DNA from: an uncultured Planctomycetales bacterium
GTDB lineage: Bacteria > Planctomycetota > Planctomycetia > Pirellulales > PNKZ01
NCBI GenBank assembly: GCA_963710365.1
Contig: CAVQAC010000019.1
Coordinates: 552,969 to 616,968 of the forward strand
Length of the DNA: 64,000 nucleotides
Reading direction: 5' to 3'
Within the stretch, counting starts at the first letter, position 1. Every line of letters starts with the position of its first letter. A program made the position numbers and the translations under genes. Positions 1 to 11,388 of this stretch are shown piece after piece. A model generated the notes under the pieces. The model was not told the origin of the DNA, ran no database searches, and was given only the letters and a program-made list of their open reading frames with translations.

Positions 1-236
1 TCTTTAGCCATCCTGTTGCGTCGCGCGCAACTGTCCGGCGCATCCTCAACGAACGGCGGCCGTCGCAGTTGTTTCGATGGCTTCGTAGAGCCGCGTCGAT
101 TCTGGCCGTTTGGGTGTGTTTACCCTATGCAAGCGATCGCCCGCCGCTAAAACGCTTGGTCCACACGCAGCGGATCGAGTAGATTCGTACGCATGGGATT
201 TGTTCGACAGGCGAACACAACAAATGGGGGCGGCGC

Positions 237-1522
237 GTGCGCTGGGGGTCGCGACTGCTGAAACCATTGGGCAAGGCTTTAGCCGCCGACGCCGACTTGG
301 AAGAGTTGCTCGGCGGAGTCAAAGATTGCCAGCTCAAAACGGCCAACGAGGCGCTGGCCGTTTGTGCGTTGTTGCGCACGTTTCCGCGGGCGACGGGCAG
401 CTACGGGCTTTTTCACTCGTCGCTGCGTGATGTAGCCGGCTTTTTCCAACAGGTCGAAAGCCAGGCGGCATTCGATGTCCTCAAGGAACTGGGCGTTCCC
501 GAGCTGTGCCGCATTTACCGATCGCTGGCTGCTTCCAAGGATGAGGACGTCCAAGGTGATCTGCTGTTCGTATTGAAGATCCTCACCTTCTACTGGCATG
601 ACGAGGGGACCAAATGTGTGATCGAGGCTGCACGTCGCGGCATCCGCTCGGATGGTTGGTTGTGGGAGGTGATCCTTCAGTCTTTCGACAAGGACCATGG
701 GCATTCACAATACGTCATGCACGCGCTCGCCGACCCGCTGCCGGAAGGTTTCATTGCGATTGCGCTCGTCGATGCAGCGAACAGGCTGGCTGACCAGGGA
801 GTTGCCTTTCCGCATCCGTTCGACAGCGCCGCGGGAACCGCTCGACTCAAGCAATGGCTGACCGGCGACAATCCAGATAAATACAGCTACGCGAATAGTG
901 CAACGCTCGCTCTGCCTTATCTGACACGGCAAGAGCGCGACGAACTACTGTCGATCGCCTGCGTGCATCCTAGTGCTCACGTGCAGATCGCTGCGGGCTG
1001 GGTAGGCGGCAAGCTCGGGCGGCCGGCCGGTATCGAACTATTGGCCCATTGGTGTCTCGACGTACGATATTCAACCCATGCCGCGAAGCTGTTGGCCGAG
1101 TTGCAGGCGCCGACGCGATACCTGCGCGAGCTCGCGAGCCAGAATTCGAGGCGATGGCCGAGATGTGCAACTGGCTTGCGCATCCCAATGAATTTTCCCG
1201 ACCTCCCGATGGCATCGAACTATTCGACCGACGAACGCTGTACTGGCCGCCCACCAACGATGCCCGAACCGTGTGGCTGTTCAAATACCGGTACGAGCCA
1301 ACGGGAGACGAGAAGGAGGACGTCGGGCTCGGCATGGTGGGTGGCTCGACAACCTTCGCCTTGTTCGGCGATACGAACCCCGACATGAAGCCTTTGGATG
1401 CCTACGCTCTGCACTGTTGTTTCGAACTCGATTTCAACGCGGACAAGCGTGCGCCCAAGAAACGATCGATTGCCGCGGGACTCAAGCTGCTGCGAAAGCA
1501 CAATCCCCAGCTAGCGGATTGA
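237..1522 (+). pseudogene. conserved hypothetical protein split over two frames (one frame break about 1100-1140)
   Basis: ORF 237-1388 (GTG start) reads as plausible protein to about ..THAAKLLAEL and then degenerates (QNSRRWPRCATGLRIPMNF). The overlapping ORF 1049-1522 becomes protein-like exactly there (EPEFEAMAEMCNWLAHPNEF...KLLRKHNPQLAD). No family recognised. Confidence 0.45.
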
Positions 1523-1544
1523 CGGCGCCCCCATTCACCCGAAC

Positions 1545-3409
1545 TCACGCCGAGTCGAGGATCTTCATGTTCGGGCAGATTTCCGCCAATTGCTGTTCCA
1601 TGTAGCGGATGATCTGGGCGCTGGTCTGCATCCGCAACACGCGTTGCAAGATCTGCTCGCTGTGCGCCACGGTCAAATGGCTCACTAGCTCTTTGATGAT
1701 CGGCACGAAGGCCGGGCTCATGCTGAAGCTGCGCAGCCCCATGCCGAACAGCAGCACGCACACCCGCGGGGCCGCGGCAATTTCGCCGCACAGCGTCACC
1801 GACTTGCCGGCCGCCCGGCTGTGCTTGATCACGGAATCGAGCACGTGAATTACCGCCGGGCTCAACGGCTCGCAAAGATGGCTGACCTTCGGGTTGTCGC
1901 GGTCGGCCGCCATCAGATACTGCACCAGATCGTTCGAGCCGATGGAAACGAAATCGGAAACGGTCAACAACGAGTCGATCGAAACGGCCGCCGCCGGCAC
2001 TTCGATCATCATGCCGATCGGCACTTCGGCAAACGGCTTGCCCTCGGTCTTGAGTTGCCGGGCTGCACGGCGTACCAGCCCGCGGACCTTGCGCATTTCC
2101 TCGAGCGTGGTGATCATCGGAAACATCAACCGCACGCTGTTGGGCTGTCCATCGTCGCTATGCGAGGCTCGCAGCACCGCGCGAATCTGCGTGACGAAGA
2201 ATGCCGGATGCTCGAACGACAGGCGGATTGAGCGCCAGCCCATGAAGGGATTGGCCTCGCGGCTATGGCCCAGATACGGAATCGTCTTGTCGCCGCCCAG
2301 ATCGAGCGTGCGAATCGTGATTCGCCGCCCTGGACTGGCGGCGATGATCGCGCGATACGTGTCGACCTGCTCTTCTTCGTCCGGAACATCGGGATGCGTG
2401 AGGAACAGGTATTCGGTGCGATACAGACCAACGCCCGTGGCGCCCATGCCGCACGGCCGCTCTGCGCGTCGCCAATGCGGCTGATGTTGGCCAGCAGTTC
2501 GACATGTTCGCCGTCGGCCGAGATCGCCGGCTGGTCGCGATTCTCGGCCAGGGCGTCTTTCAGATCGACGAACTCGCGTTGCAGCTTACGGTAGGCGGTG
2601 AGTGTTTCGTAGTCGGGATTCACCAGCACGTGCCCTTCCCGGCCGTCGACGACGACCGTGTCGCCGTTGCTGACGTCGTGCAGGATGCCCGGCACGCCGG
2701 AGACCGCCGGAATCGCGCGGCTGCGGGCGAGAATTGCGGCATGGCTGGTTCGGCCGCCGGCCTGGGTGACGATGCCCGCCACTTCGCGCTCGCCGAGCGT
2801 GATCACGTGCGACGGCACGAGCTCGTTGGCCACGAGAATGATCGGCCCGGGCATTGCGTCGGAATAGGGTTGAAGCACCTGCGACAGGTGGCCGCTGAGA
2901 CGGATGATCACGTCGCGGACGTCGGCCAGCCGCTCTCTGAGGTATTCGTCCTGGGTGCGACTGAACAGCTCGGTGTATTGGGCCAGCAATCGCTGCAGGG
3001 CTGTCTGGGCCGTCTGTCGCGAGTCGACGATCCAGGTTCGAACCTTGGCCGTGAATGCCGGATCCTTCAGGATCGATTCGTGGACGTGAAAGATGGCGGC
3101 TTGTTCATGGCCGACTTGCGATTCGACCTTGGCTGCCAGCGCCCGTAGATCGGCCGCGGTCTTTTCGCGGGCCTGATCGTACTGAGTCAACTCACCCAAA
3201 ATCTGCTGATCGTCGAGCGGGCGTTTCTCGTCGCCTATGAAGATCTCGTGAATGCAATAGGCCTGGCCAATGGCCACGCCAGGCGACACGGCCAAACCAC
3301 GGTGTAAGACGAGCGGCTGACTCTTGGCCGATCGGCGTTTGTCGCTCGCCGCCGGCGCAGCGGCCGAGGGGCGTTCGGCCGGCGACGGTGATTTATCGGT
3401 AAAAGGCAT
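1545..3409 (-). pseudogene. ptsI: phosphoenolpyruvate-protein phosphotransferase (PTS enzyme I), one frame break about 2449
   Basis: The N-terminal piece (frame of ORF 2126-3409) carries the phosphohistidine region GIVTQAGGRTSHAAILARSRAIPAV. The C-terminal piece (ORF 1545-2447) carries the PEP-utilising barrel motifs GVGLYRTEYLF, IGSNDLVQY and LCGEIA. The join ..IGDAQSGRAA / MGATGVGLYRTE needs a 1-nt correction. Confidence 0.9.
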
Positions 3410-3489
3410 GCCTTGTTCCGGCCCACGAGCAGGCTATCACGGCGTGTCGCACTCTGCGTGCCGCGCCTCCGTTGTACCCTGCCGCCCGA

Positions 3490-4878
3490 CTAGGCTGCAA
3501 TTCCCTGCTCGGGCCGGGCCGGATCGCCTGCCAATGCCAATGCCGGAACCACCGACCGAGAAGCCGTTAACGCCAACAGCGGCTCCGGCTCGCCGGCCGA
3601 AGGAGCGATGTCCGCAGTACGCGGCAGAAGCAAAAGGGCCGCAAAACGGGCCACGGTCGACACCGCAAACAGCGTCAGATAAACCGCCGGCGTTTTGCCG
3701 AAGTACATCAGCGTGGCTCCCCCGGCAAGCGAACCGACGACCGTCGCTGCGGCATTGGCCAGATTAAAAATCGTTAATACACTGGTGCGTTCGTCGTCGG
3801 CCACCGCTTCGAGGAACAATAACGCAGTGCTCAATTCATAGGCCGCCCAGAGCACACCGACCGTGAGCTGCAAGGCAATCAGATAGGCAAAAGAATTCGA
3901 AATCAGCCACGCCGCCGACAACGGCGCAATTCCCACGCCCCCCAGCCATAGCAGCCGCTTGGTGCCGAATCGTCGGGCAAAGCGGCCCAGCGCCGGCAGG
4001 GCGATGATCCGCGATACATAGGCCGCAGCCACCAGAACGACATACTGCCAGTAGGGAAACTTCAACTGGTAGAGCATATAAGGATTGAAATAAGGCCCCG
4101 CTATTTGCACGGCCGATTGCACGGCCAGCAAATAGACCAGCACGCCCGCGCCGCTGGGGCTCGAGAAACGCTCTCGCATCTCGCGCCAGGAGAGCATCCG
4201 ATGCCGCAAGGCCGGCCCCACCGGTTCGCTCTGCCTGCTCAGAAAACAAACGCTGATCATCCGGCCGGTCGTGGCGACGAAGAACAACAGCGCAAAGGCT
4301 TGCAGCGTGATGCCCCAAGCTGAGCCCCAGTGCAACCAGATGCCGCCTCCGACGAACCCGGCCAAGAATCCTACCTGGCTGAATTTCGTCCGCCTGGCGA
4401 AATATGCGGCGCGTACGCGGGTCGGCACGATCGTGCCCATCCAGGTGTTCCAAGCCGGGCCGGTCGACAAGCCGGCGCCCCAGTACAGGGCGGCAGCGCC
4501 GAAGACAAGCAGCATGGGTACGTAACCGGTAAGCGCGGCGATCAGCAACGGCACATAGACCAAACCTTGCAGTGCTGCGCAAGGCAGAATCCAGCGCCGA
4601 AACGAACCGCATCGCTGCAAGGCCCATGGAGCCGCCAACTGCAGTATCGATCCGACCAGCAACGGAATCGTAGCCACCAGCCCCGAGGCGATTTCGCCCA
4701 TCCCCGCCGCCAACGCAAACGCCGGCAGATAGGTCTCGCCGATGCCGACCATGACGCTGAACGAGGCCCCGTCCCCCACGCCGGCCCCCAGATTGCGACG
4801 CAGGACCGGCGAGCGCAATCGCCGGCCAGGCATGGGAGGCACGTGGGTACGGTCTAATCTACGAGAAATCTCTGCCAT
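3490..4878 (-). CDS. MFS-type transporter
   Basis: ORF 3490-5127 trimmed to the ATG at 4878 (MAEISRRL..), because the longer 5' extension runs into the divergent gene at 5087. It is about 460 aa with roughly 12 hydrophobic segments and basic inter-helix loops (e.g. GRFARRFGTKR). Confidence 0.7.
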   Translation of the reverse strand: MAEISRRLDRTHVPPMPGRRLRSPVLRRNLGAGVGDGASFSVMVGIGETYLPAFALAAGMGEIASGLVATIPLLVGSILQLAAPWALQRCGSFRRWILPCAALQGLVYVPLLIAALTGYVPMLLVFGAAALYWGAGLSTGPAWNTWMGTIVPTRVRAAYFARRTKFSQVGFLAGFVGGGIWLHWGSAWGITLQAFALLFFVATTGRMISVCFLSRQSEPVGPALRHRMLSWREMRERFSSPSGAGVLVYLLAVQSAVQIAGPYFNPYMLYQLKFPYWQYVVLVAAAYVSRIIALPALGRFARRFGTKRLLWLGGVGIAPLSAAWLISNSFAYLIALQLTVGVLWAAYELSTALLFLEAVADDERTSVLTIFNLANAAATVVGSLAGGATLMYFGKTPAVYLTLFAVSTVARFAALLLLPRTADIAPSAGEPEPLLALTASRSVVPALALAGDPARPEQGIAA

Positions 4879-5086
4879 GAAGAGCAAATGAACTGGTGTA
4901 TACGCGACGCGGAGAAGCTCGAGGCCTTCAGAAGTGCTTCCGCCGATGGGCCCCGCCAGAATGTCGCGGGATGATACCAGCGTCGCCGGAGCGCGCGAAG
5001 GCGAAGCCGGACCTTGAAGATTGGGCCCAAGGGGAATAGATTGCTGGACGAAAAGATGCACCCAAACCTTGCGAGATCGCCGCCTT

Positions 5087-6190
5087 ATGAAAGCCGTCGC
5101 CATTCGTCCCGGAATTCCCAATAGCATCTACTTGACCCAACTTCCCAGACCCAACGTCAACGATATTCAGGGCGGGCGAGGCGTTCTGGTCAAGGTGCTC
5201 AAGGTAGGCGTCGACGCCACCGATCGCGAGATCAACGAAGCCAAATATGGCAACGCTCCGCCGGGCTACGATTTCCTGGTGCTGGGGCACGAGTCGTTCG
5301 GCATCGTCGAAGAGGTCGGGCCCAACGTTACGCACGTCAAGCCGGGCGATTATGTCACGGCCACGGTCCGTCGGCCCGGCAAGTCGATCTACGACTTGAT
5401 CGGCACCAACGACATGACCAGCGACGAAGTCTACTTCGAGCGCGGCATCAACCTGCTGCATGGTTACCTGACCGAGTACTACGTTGACGACGCCGAGTAC
5501 ATCGTGCAAATGCCAGTCGGCTTGAAGCACTTGCACGTGCTGGCCGAGCCGATGAGCTGCGCCGCCAAAGCGGTGCAGCAGGCCTACGAAGTGCAGCGCC
5601 GGCTGAAAGTCTGGCGGCCACGATTGGCCTTTGTCTGCGGCGCCGGCCAGATCGGCTTGCTCACGACGTTGATCCTGCGACTGCGCGGGCTTGAAGTCTA
5701 CACGCTGGCCCGCACGGCCCCGCCGACGTTGCCCTCGGAAATCGTCACGGCCTTGGGCGCGCATTATGTCAGCACGCGTCAGAAACCGCTCAAGGATCTG
5801 GCCAAAGAGGTCGGCAAACCCGATCTGATTGTCGATGCCACCGGCGCTAGCGCCATGTCATTCGGCGCGATGGAGGTCTTGAACCTCAACGGCGTGCTGG
5901 TATGGACCAGCATCACCGGCGGCCAGGAGAAGCACGAAGTGCCGGCCGACAAATTGAACCTGGAATGGGTGCTGGGCAACAAGCTGTTGCTAGGAAGCGT
6001 GAACGCCAATCGCGAGCACTTCGAAATGGGAATCCGCGACCTGGCGATGGCCGAGATGAACTATCCGGGCGTCATCCAGCGGATTCTGACGCATCCCGTA
6101 CAAGGCCTGGAAAACTACGAGCAGATGATGAAGCTGCTGGTCGACGCCAAGAGCGCGTTGAAGGTCTACGTCGAAGTCGCAGCAGGATGA
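5087..6190 (+). CDS. glucose 1-dehydrogenase-like medium-chain dehydrogenase (archaeal GDH type)
   Basis: MKAVAIRPG.. start. [16 protein letters not shown], the Rossmann motif [10 protein letters not shown] and IVDATGAS are colinear with Sulfolobus/Thermoplasma-type GDH. The usual GICGTDRE is VGVDATDRE here, and the structural-zinc Cys loop is absent. Confidence 0.65.
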   Translation: MKAVAIRPGIPNSIYLTQLPRPNVNDIQGGRGVLVKVLKVGVDATDREINEAKYGNAPPGYDFLVLGHESFGIVEEVGPNVTHVKPGDYVTATVRRPGKSIYDLIGTNDMTSDEVYFERGINLLHGYLTEYYVDDAEYIVQMPVGLKHLHVLAEPMSCAAKAVQQAYEVQRRLKVWRPRLAFVCGAGQIGLLTTLILRLRGLEVYTLARTAPPTLPSEIVTALGAHYVSTRQKPLKDLAKEVGKPDLIVDATGASAMSFGAMEVLNLNGVLVWTSITGGQEKHEVPADKLNLEWVLGNKLLLGSVNANREHFEMGIRDLAMAEMNYPGVIQRILTHPVQGLENYEQMMKLLVDAKSALKVYVEVAAG

Positions 6191-6200
6191 TTCCGGTGAA

Positions 6201-6300
6201 GTAGGGTGCTCTGCGAGCACAATTCTTACGCGAACACACTCGATTAATCGCCTGACTCCGTTTGCGAACTCTGCACAATGGTGCTCGCAGAGCACTCTAC
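6201..6300. repeat. 20-nt inverted repeat (1 mismatch) with a 60-nt spacer between convergent genes; possible bidirectional terminator or REP-like element
   Basis: 6201-6220 gtagggtgctctgcgagcac pairs with 6281-6300 gtgctcgcagagcactctac (reverse complement gtagagtgctctgcgagcac). The right arm overlaps the stop codon of the hydrolase gene. Confidence 0.6.
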
Positions 6301-7678
6301 TGCTTGGCTTCTTCGGGCGCAACCGGCCGGAGCCGCTGCATCTCGACTTTGAAGTCGCCCAGACTGGGCCAGCGCAAGCGGCGATCGAGATCGACTTCGG
6401 CCACGGCGATCGTTCCCCACACGTCGGCCTGGGCCAGCGGCTGACCGTCGTGGCCGTAGATGGCCGAGATCATCCACTTGGCCGCGGCGTCGGTGTAGGT
6501 GCTGGAAATCACGTACACGTGGTTCTCACAAGCCCGCGCGCGCCCAATAGCGGATTGCAGCCCGCCACGGGCCAGGCAATCACTTCAGCGCCGTGGAACG
6601 TCAACTGCCGGGCCACCTCGGGATAGAAGCCATCGTAGCAGATCATCATTCCAACTTTGCCGAAACGAGCCTCGAAGACAGGATACTCGTGCCCTGGCTG
6701 CAAGCCCGATTCCACTTCGCCGCGCGGCAACGTGACCTTGCGGTACTTGCCCACCAACGCACCGTCGGGGCCGATCAGGGCTGCCGTGTTGTAGATCAGG
6801 TGCCCGTCGCGCTCGGTCAAACCCGCCACGATGTACATATCGTACTTCTTGGCCAACCCGCCGAAATAACGCGTCGAGGGCCCCGGTATGGGTTCGGCAA
6901 CATCGACCAGCTCCTTGCCGGTTCCGTACCAGGTGAGCGACTCGGGCAGAACGATCAGATCGACCTTCTGTTTGGCGGCTTCTTGAATGAATGGCTCGAA
7001 CAGGCGGCAATTTCCTTCGGGCGTCTTGTCGGCACTCTTGGGCCGCAGATGCACGGTGGCTAGCCGAACGTGGCGGCCGGCCGGAGCCGATGTCTCCTGC
7101 AGCGAAAGGCCCGAGTACTCGACACGTCCGGGCGTCCAGATCAGATAAAGCTCGATGATCGCCCGCGCGGCCTTGGTGGGAACGTGATACGTGTCGGACA
7201 GTTCGGTCCAACCACGTGAGTCGGCCGTTTTGTCGGTGGGATACTCGGGCTCGGCTCGCGGTTTAGGCGAAGCGTTATAATGGACTGTGGGGCCTGGCTC
7301 GTCATGATTGACGGCGCGGCCTTTCTCGTCGCGCCACTCGATGCGCACGTAAGCCGAACGGCGCGGCACTTCGACTCCTGTGGTCTTGCGCAGCACCGAG
7401 AAGCGATAGCTCTTGCCGCCCGTCACCGGCACCGTCGCCTGCCACCAACCGTGAGCCCCTTCCAGACCGGCGGCATCGAGCACCAGGCTGCCTTGCCCAT
7501 CGACGCCGCCCGGGACGAAGCTGGCCTTTGGTCGGATTTCATCGCGCGGAGCCTCGGCCGTCCACTGATAACCGCGATAGTTCACCGGCTCGCCGGCGAG
7601 CGCCGACCCCGTCACACATGAAGATAGAGCCGCGATGATGGCGACAATCGCGGATCGGGAACGCGGGGATGTATTCAT
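6297..7678 (-). pseudogene. secreted carbon-nitrogen hydrolase (nitrilase-superfamily) protein with N-terminal extra domain, one frame break about 6520-6535
   Basis: Signal-like N-terminus MNTSPRSRSAIVAIIAALSS. The C-N hydrolase core has DLIVLPES (Glu), GKYRKVTLP (Lys) and MMICYDGFYPE (Cys). The C-terminal continuation [13 protein letters not shown]...[10 protein letters not shown] lies in the frame of ORF 6297-6518. Confidence 0.75.
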
Positions 7679-7818
7679 GGCGAATCTCCGAGGAAGGCGC
7701 AAGCGGGCGGATTACCCGCGTCATTCTACCGTGCCTCGAATGGCAACACAAAGTTACTGACCAAAACAGCCACCTCATTCGATCTGATGAGACCCGAGGC
7801 GCCACGCGACGAACATTG

Positions 7819-8265
7819 TTAAATCGGCCGGATGCGTCTGACCTGCGGCTCACAAGCGGACACCACGTCGATGACATGGTTCAGGCAATTGATTCCCCAG
7901 TGCCGCAGCAGTCCAGGATACTCGTCACTTGCGAAGGTCGCCCGCGCCACGTAATCAAGGAAGTGGGATTTCTTGTACAGGCACAACAACCGACCTTCCC
8001 AGGCCTCTGCGTCATCAAGCGTACAAAACGATTCGTTCCGCACGGAGTAGCAGACGTACGTCTCCCAGACCAACACAAAAAGCCGGCAGCTTTCGTCGGA
8101 CTCGATACTACGGCAGCCAGGGATTACGTTCCCAGGCGACACTTCGAAATTCTCTGGCGGACCTTCAGATTTTGCCTCCTCAATTTCGAGTCGTAGCGAA
8201 TTATCTCTCGGCTCGGTGAGCTCGCGCAAATACAAGTACTTACAGTCGTCGATCTCAGCAGACAT
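7819..8265 (-). CDS. hypothetical small cytoplasmic protein (immunity-protein-like; speculative)
   Basis: ORF 7819-8394 trimmed to the ATG at 8265 (MSAEIDDCKYLYL..), giving 148 aa with no signal or TM segment. GC is lower than in the flanks, and it is divergent from the next gene. No family recognised. Confidence 0.4.
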   Translation of the reverse strand: MSAEIDDCKYLYLRELTEPRDNSLRLEIEEAKSEGPPENFEVSPGNVIPGCRSIESDESCRLFVLVWETYVCYSVRNESFCTLDDAEAWEGRLLCLYKKSHFLDYVARATFASDEYPGLLRHWGINCLNHVIDVVSACEPQVRRIRPI

Positions 8266-8460
8266 ACGTCGGACCCAAAAAATCAATGGAAATACTGCAT
8301 CACGACATCTTACCACTTCGCAGTTCATTACGTGAGGACGGTCATGCGTTCCGAGCCGCGGACGCCCGGCAACGTGATCTCCCAGTACTTGCACCCGCTC
8401 AGGGCATCAACCACAATAACGCGCGGCCCCGCCCCAACTCCTGCCAATGCGATTTGCCCT

Positions 8461-9436
8461 ATGAACCGTTTATGCTTTTGGTTCGTGCTGATTGCCTGTT
8501 TCTGCGATTCGTTCTCGACGTTTTCCCAAACGCCGACGCGTAAGCCGACGGTGTGGATGTGCCCACCGGGATTTGACGGCGGCAAGCATTTTGCCGAGCT
8601 GTTCGAAAAGCCCGACGAGTGGCAGCAAACCCGTAAGGCGATCGACGTGCTGGGCTATGCCGACCTGAACTTCAAGAAGCACTTCAGCGACGAACAGTTG
8701 CAGGCCTGGCTTCCCAAATTGAACGAGTGGGGCATCAAGCTCGGGCTCGAAGTCGGCGCCATCAAGGCTTGGGGCCAGAACCGGTGAAAAAGCGTTCCAG
8801 GCCGAGCAGCCAATCTGGCAGCGGATCGAGCGGCTCGGGGGCAAGATTCATTCGATCGCCATGGATGAGCCGCTGTGTTGCTGCCGCAAGGAGATCCACC
8901 AGCCCGACGACTATGCCGTCGCGCGAAACGGCCAATTACATCGCCCTGGTGCGAAAGCATTATCCGCAGATGCTGATCGGCGAGATCGAGCCGTATCCAT
9001 TTCTTTCGCTTGGACGAGCACATCGCCTGGATCGAGGCGTTGGAAAAACGCCTGGCCGAATTGCAAGTTCGCGGCTTGGACTTTTATCGGCTGGACGTGA
9101 ATTGGGTGGAATTCAACGCGCAAAGCCGCGGCATCGTGGCGCGAAGTCCGCAAGCTGGAGCAGTACTGCCGCCGGCGGAAGCTGCCGTTCAGTCTGATCT
9201 ATTGGGCCTCGGGCTATCCGGCGCTCGAGCGTCGCGGGCTGGCCGACGATGCGGCCTCGTACGTTTCGATCATGCAGCAAGGCTACGATTACGCGCTGGT
9301 CGACGGCTCGCCGGATCAGATCGTGGTGCAAAGTTGGATCAATGCGCCAAGCCGCAGCGTGCCGGAAACGGTCGACTTCACTTTCGCTCGCACGGTGCTC
9401 GACTTTACGCAGCGTTTCGCGCGGCCGAAAAAATAG
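8461..9436 (+). pseudogene. secreted hypothetical protein, at least 4 frame breaks (about 8780, 8925, 9005, 9130)
   Basis: Signal peptide MNRLCFWFVLIACFCDSFSTFSQ. Protein-like sequence continues by hopping frames: ..LEVGAIKAWGQ / TGEKAFQAEQPIWQRIERLGGKIHSIAMDEPL..DDYAV / ETANYIALVRKHYPQMLIGEIEPYPFLSL / DEHIAWIEALEKRLAELQVRGLDFYRLDVNWVEFNAQSRG / WREVRKLEQYCRRRKLPFSLIYWASGYPALERRGL...TQRFARPKK, with a stop at 9434-9436. Confidence 0.5.
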
Positions 9437-10212
9437 CGCTGGCCGAAGCCGCGTGGGGTATTCGCCCTACTCATTCGTGATCGGGTGTTGAGGTCGGGTT
9501 ATAATCGCGTTGGGTTGCACTTCGCTGTGAATGAGGCCGCGATGACGACGCACGAGAATTGCCCGCGATAACCGAGGTGATTGCCTACGGCAGCGCTGAG
9601 TATACCGTCGAGCTGGTCATTGACCTCCAAGAGCTCTTGTGCAGACAGTTCCGCCTGTGGCGAATATTGCTCGAATCCCACGCCGTTGACGACTTGATCC
9701 TCATTTATCCCGATTGTGTACGTAATAACGACGCCAGTCCCGGCGAACCTTTGGCCAACACGCTGGCGAGGGTCAACGCGCACGCACAGGCCAGCAAGAG
9801 ACTCTTCAGCCGATATTCGATCATCACCAATCCTGACTACTACCAGTCAACTGAGCCTCCGCGGTTTTGCGAGGCCAACGTCGCTTACAACGCGGAGACC
9901 GCCGAATGCGATCCAGGTTGGCCAAGATTCAATACGGTCGCCGAACCACCTGAGCTGACGACCGACGAATACCTTGAGATCGAGAACGATCTAGTCCCCG
10001 CGTTGGAACGTTATGGGCATGTCGTTACAAAAAGCGACCTCTCCGATACGTCGAAAGAGAAGCTCCATGCCCTCTGGTTGCTCCGCACCTCCTGGATGCA
10101 ATGGGACCGCACAAGGATTCTGGTCAAATACGGAAACCAAGAGTTTTCAGACGGCCTGATTCGAGATATTCAGTCGGCACTGCAAAACTGGCCGCTGTGG
10201 CGCGTGGCGCTA

Positions 10213-11388
10213 TAGTGTCCTGAGTTATAAATTCGCTGAAATAGTCTTGCGCCTGGCCGCGGGCCGTGTAGGCTTTCTCGAAAGGAGAAAGCCGATGGCT
10301 ATGGGACGACCGAAAGCGGAGTTGGTTTTGAGCGACGAGGAGCGGCAAGCGCTGGAACGCTGGGCGCGGCGGCCGAAGAGCAGTCAGCAACTGGCGCTGA
10401 GGTCGCGAATTGTATTGAGTTGTGGTGACGGTCGCACGAACCAGCAAGTGGCCAAAGAGTTGCGGATCAGCATGCCGACCGTGGGCAAGTGGCGAGCTCG
10501 CTTCGTGGCGCGGCGTTTGGACGGGTTGTTGGATGAACCACGGCCGGGCACGCCGCGCACGATTAGCGACGAACAGGTTGAAAAAGTGATCACCAAAACG
10601 TTGGAAACGAAGCCGCAGCACGCGACCCACTGGAGCACTCGCGGCATGGCGAAGGCCACGGGCCTGAGCCAGACGGCGATCTCCCGGATTTGGCGAGCTT
10701 TCAACCTTCAACCGCACCGCACCGAAACGTTCAAGCTGTCGACCGACCCGCAATTCATCGAAAAAGTCCGCGATGTCGTCGGCTTGTACATGAATCCGCC
10801 CGACCGGGCCATCGTCTTGTGCGTCGACGAAAAGAGCCAAGTGCAGGCTTTGGATCGCAGCCAACCGCTGCTGCCGATGAGTTCTGGGCAAGTGGAACGG
10901 CATACGCACGACTACGTTCGCTATGGAACTACCTCGTTGTTTGCGGCTTTGGAAGTTGCGACCGGAAAGGTGATCGGTAACTGTCAACAACAGCATCGGC
11001 ATCAGGAGTTCATCAAGTTCCTGGAACTGATCGACGAGCAGATTCCGGAAGTGCCTGGGATTGAAATTCACTTGGTCATGGACAACTACGCCACGCACAA
11101 AACGCCCAAGGTCAAACGTTGGTTCGCTCGGCGTCCGCGTTATCATGTGCATTTCATTCCCACGAGTTCATCGTGGCTGAATCAGGTCGAGCGATTCTTT
11201 GCTGAAATCACGGAGAAACGCATTCGTCGCGGCGCGTTCCGTAGCGTGCAAGCCCTTCGCAAGGCGATCGAAGGATACCTGGACCACCACAACCGCAAAG
11301 CACGGCCGTTCGTCTGGACCGCCGACGCTGATTTGATTCTCGCCCGCGTTAAAAAGGTTTGTAAACGGATTAACAACTCAGGACACTA
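10213..11388 (+). mobile_element. IS630-family insertion sequence (boundaries +/-2 nt because of TA duplication)
   Basis: Terminal inverted repeats TAGTGTCCTGAGTT (10213-10226) and AACTCAGGACACTA (11375-11388). Removing the element and one TA restores ..GCG CTA GAC GCT.. (A L D A), i.e. a CTAG target. A single intact DDE transposase ORF fills the element. Confidence 0.9.

Noticed and set aside
46-267. 73-aa minus-strand ORF at the left edge of the window.
   Set aside because: It has no recognisable features and an Ala/Arg-rich composition, and it overlaps the start region of the plus-strand gene. There is not enough evidence to call it.
3490-5127. The full 545-aa version of the MFS ORF, and similar long 5' extensions of the fliL (28112), fliO (26628), flgC (40284), EBP (42716) and mdh (49793) ORFs.
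   Set aside because: The extensions overlap neighbouring genes or repeat elements and are not protein-like. Internal starts give canonical N-termini.
7784-7815. CTGATGAG ... CGACGAAC, reminiscent of a hammerhead ribozyme core (CUGAUGA ... GAAA).
   Set aside because: - The sequence between the two boxes does not form a stem II helix.
- The second box is GAAC, not GAAAC.
- No stem I/III partners were found.
- A 7-mer match is expected several times by chance in 128 kb of two-strand sequence.
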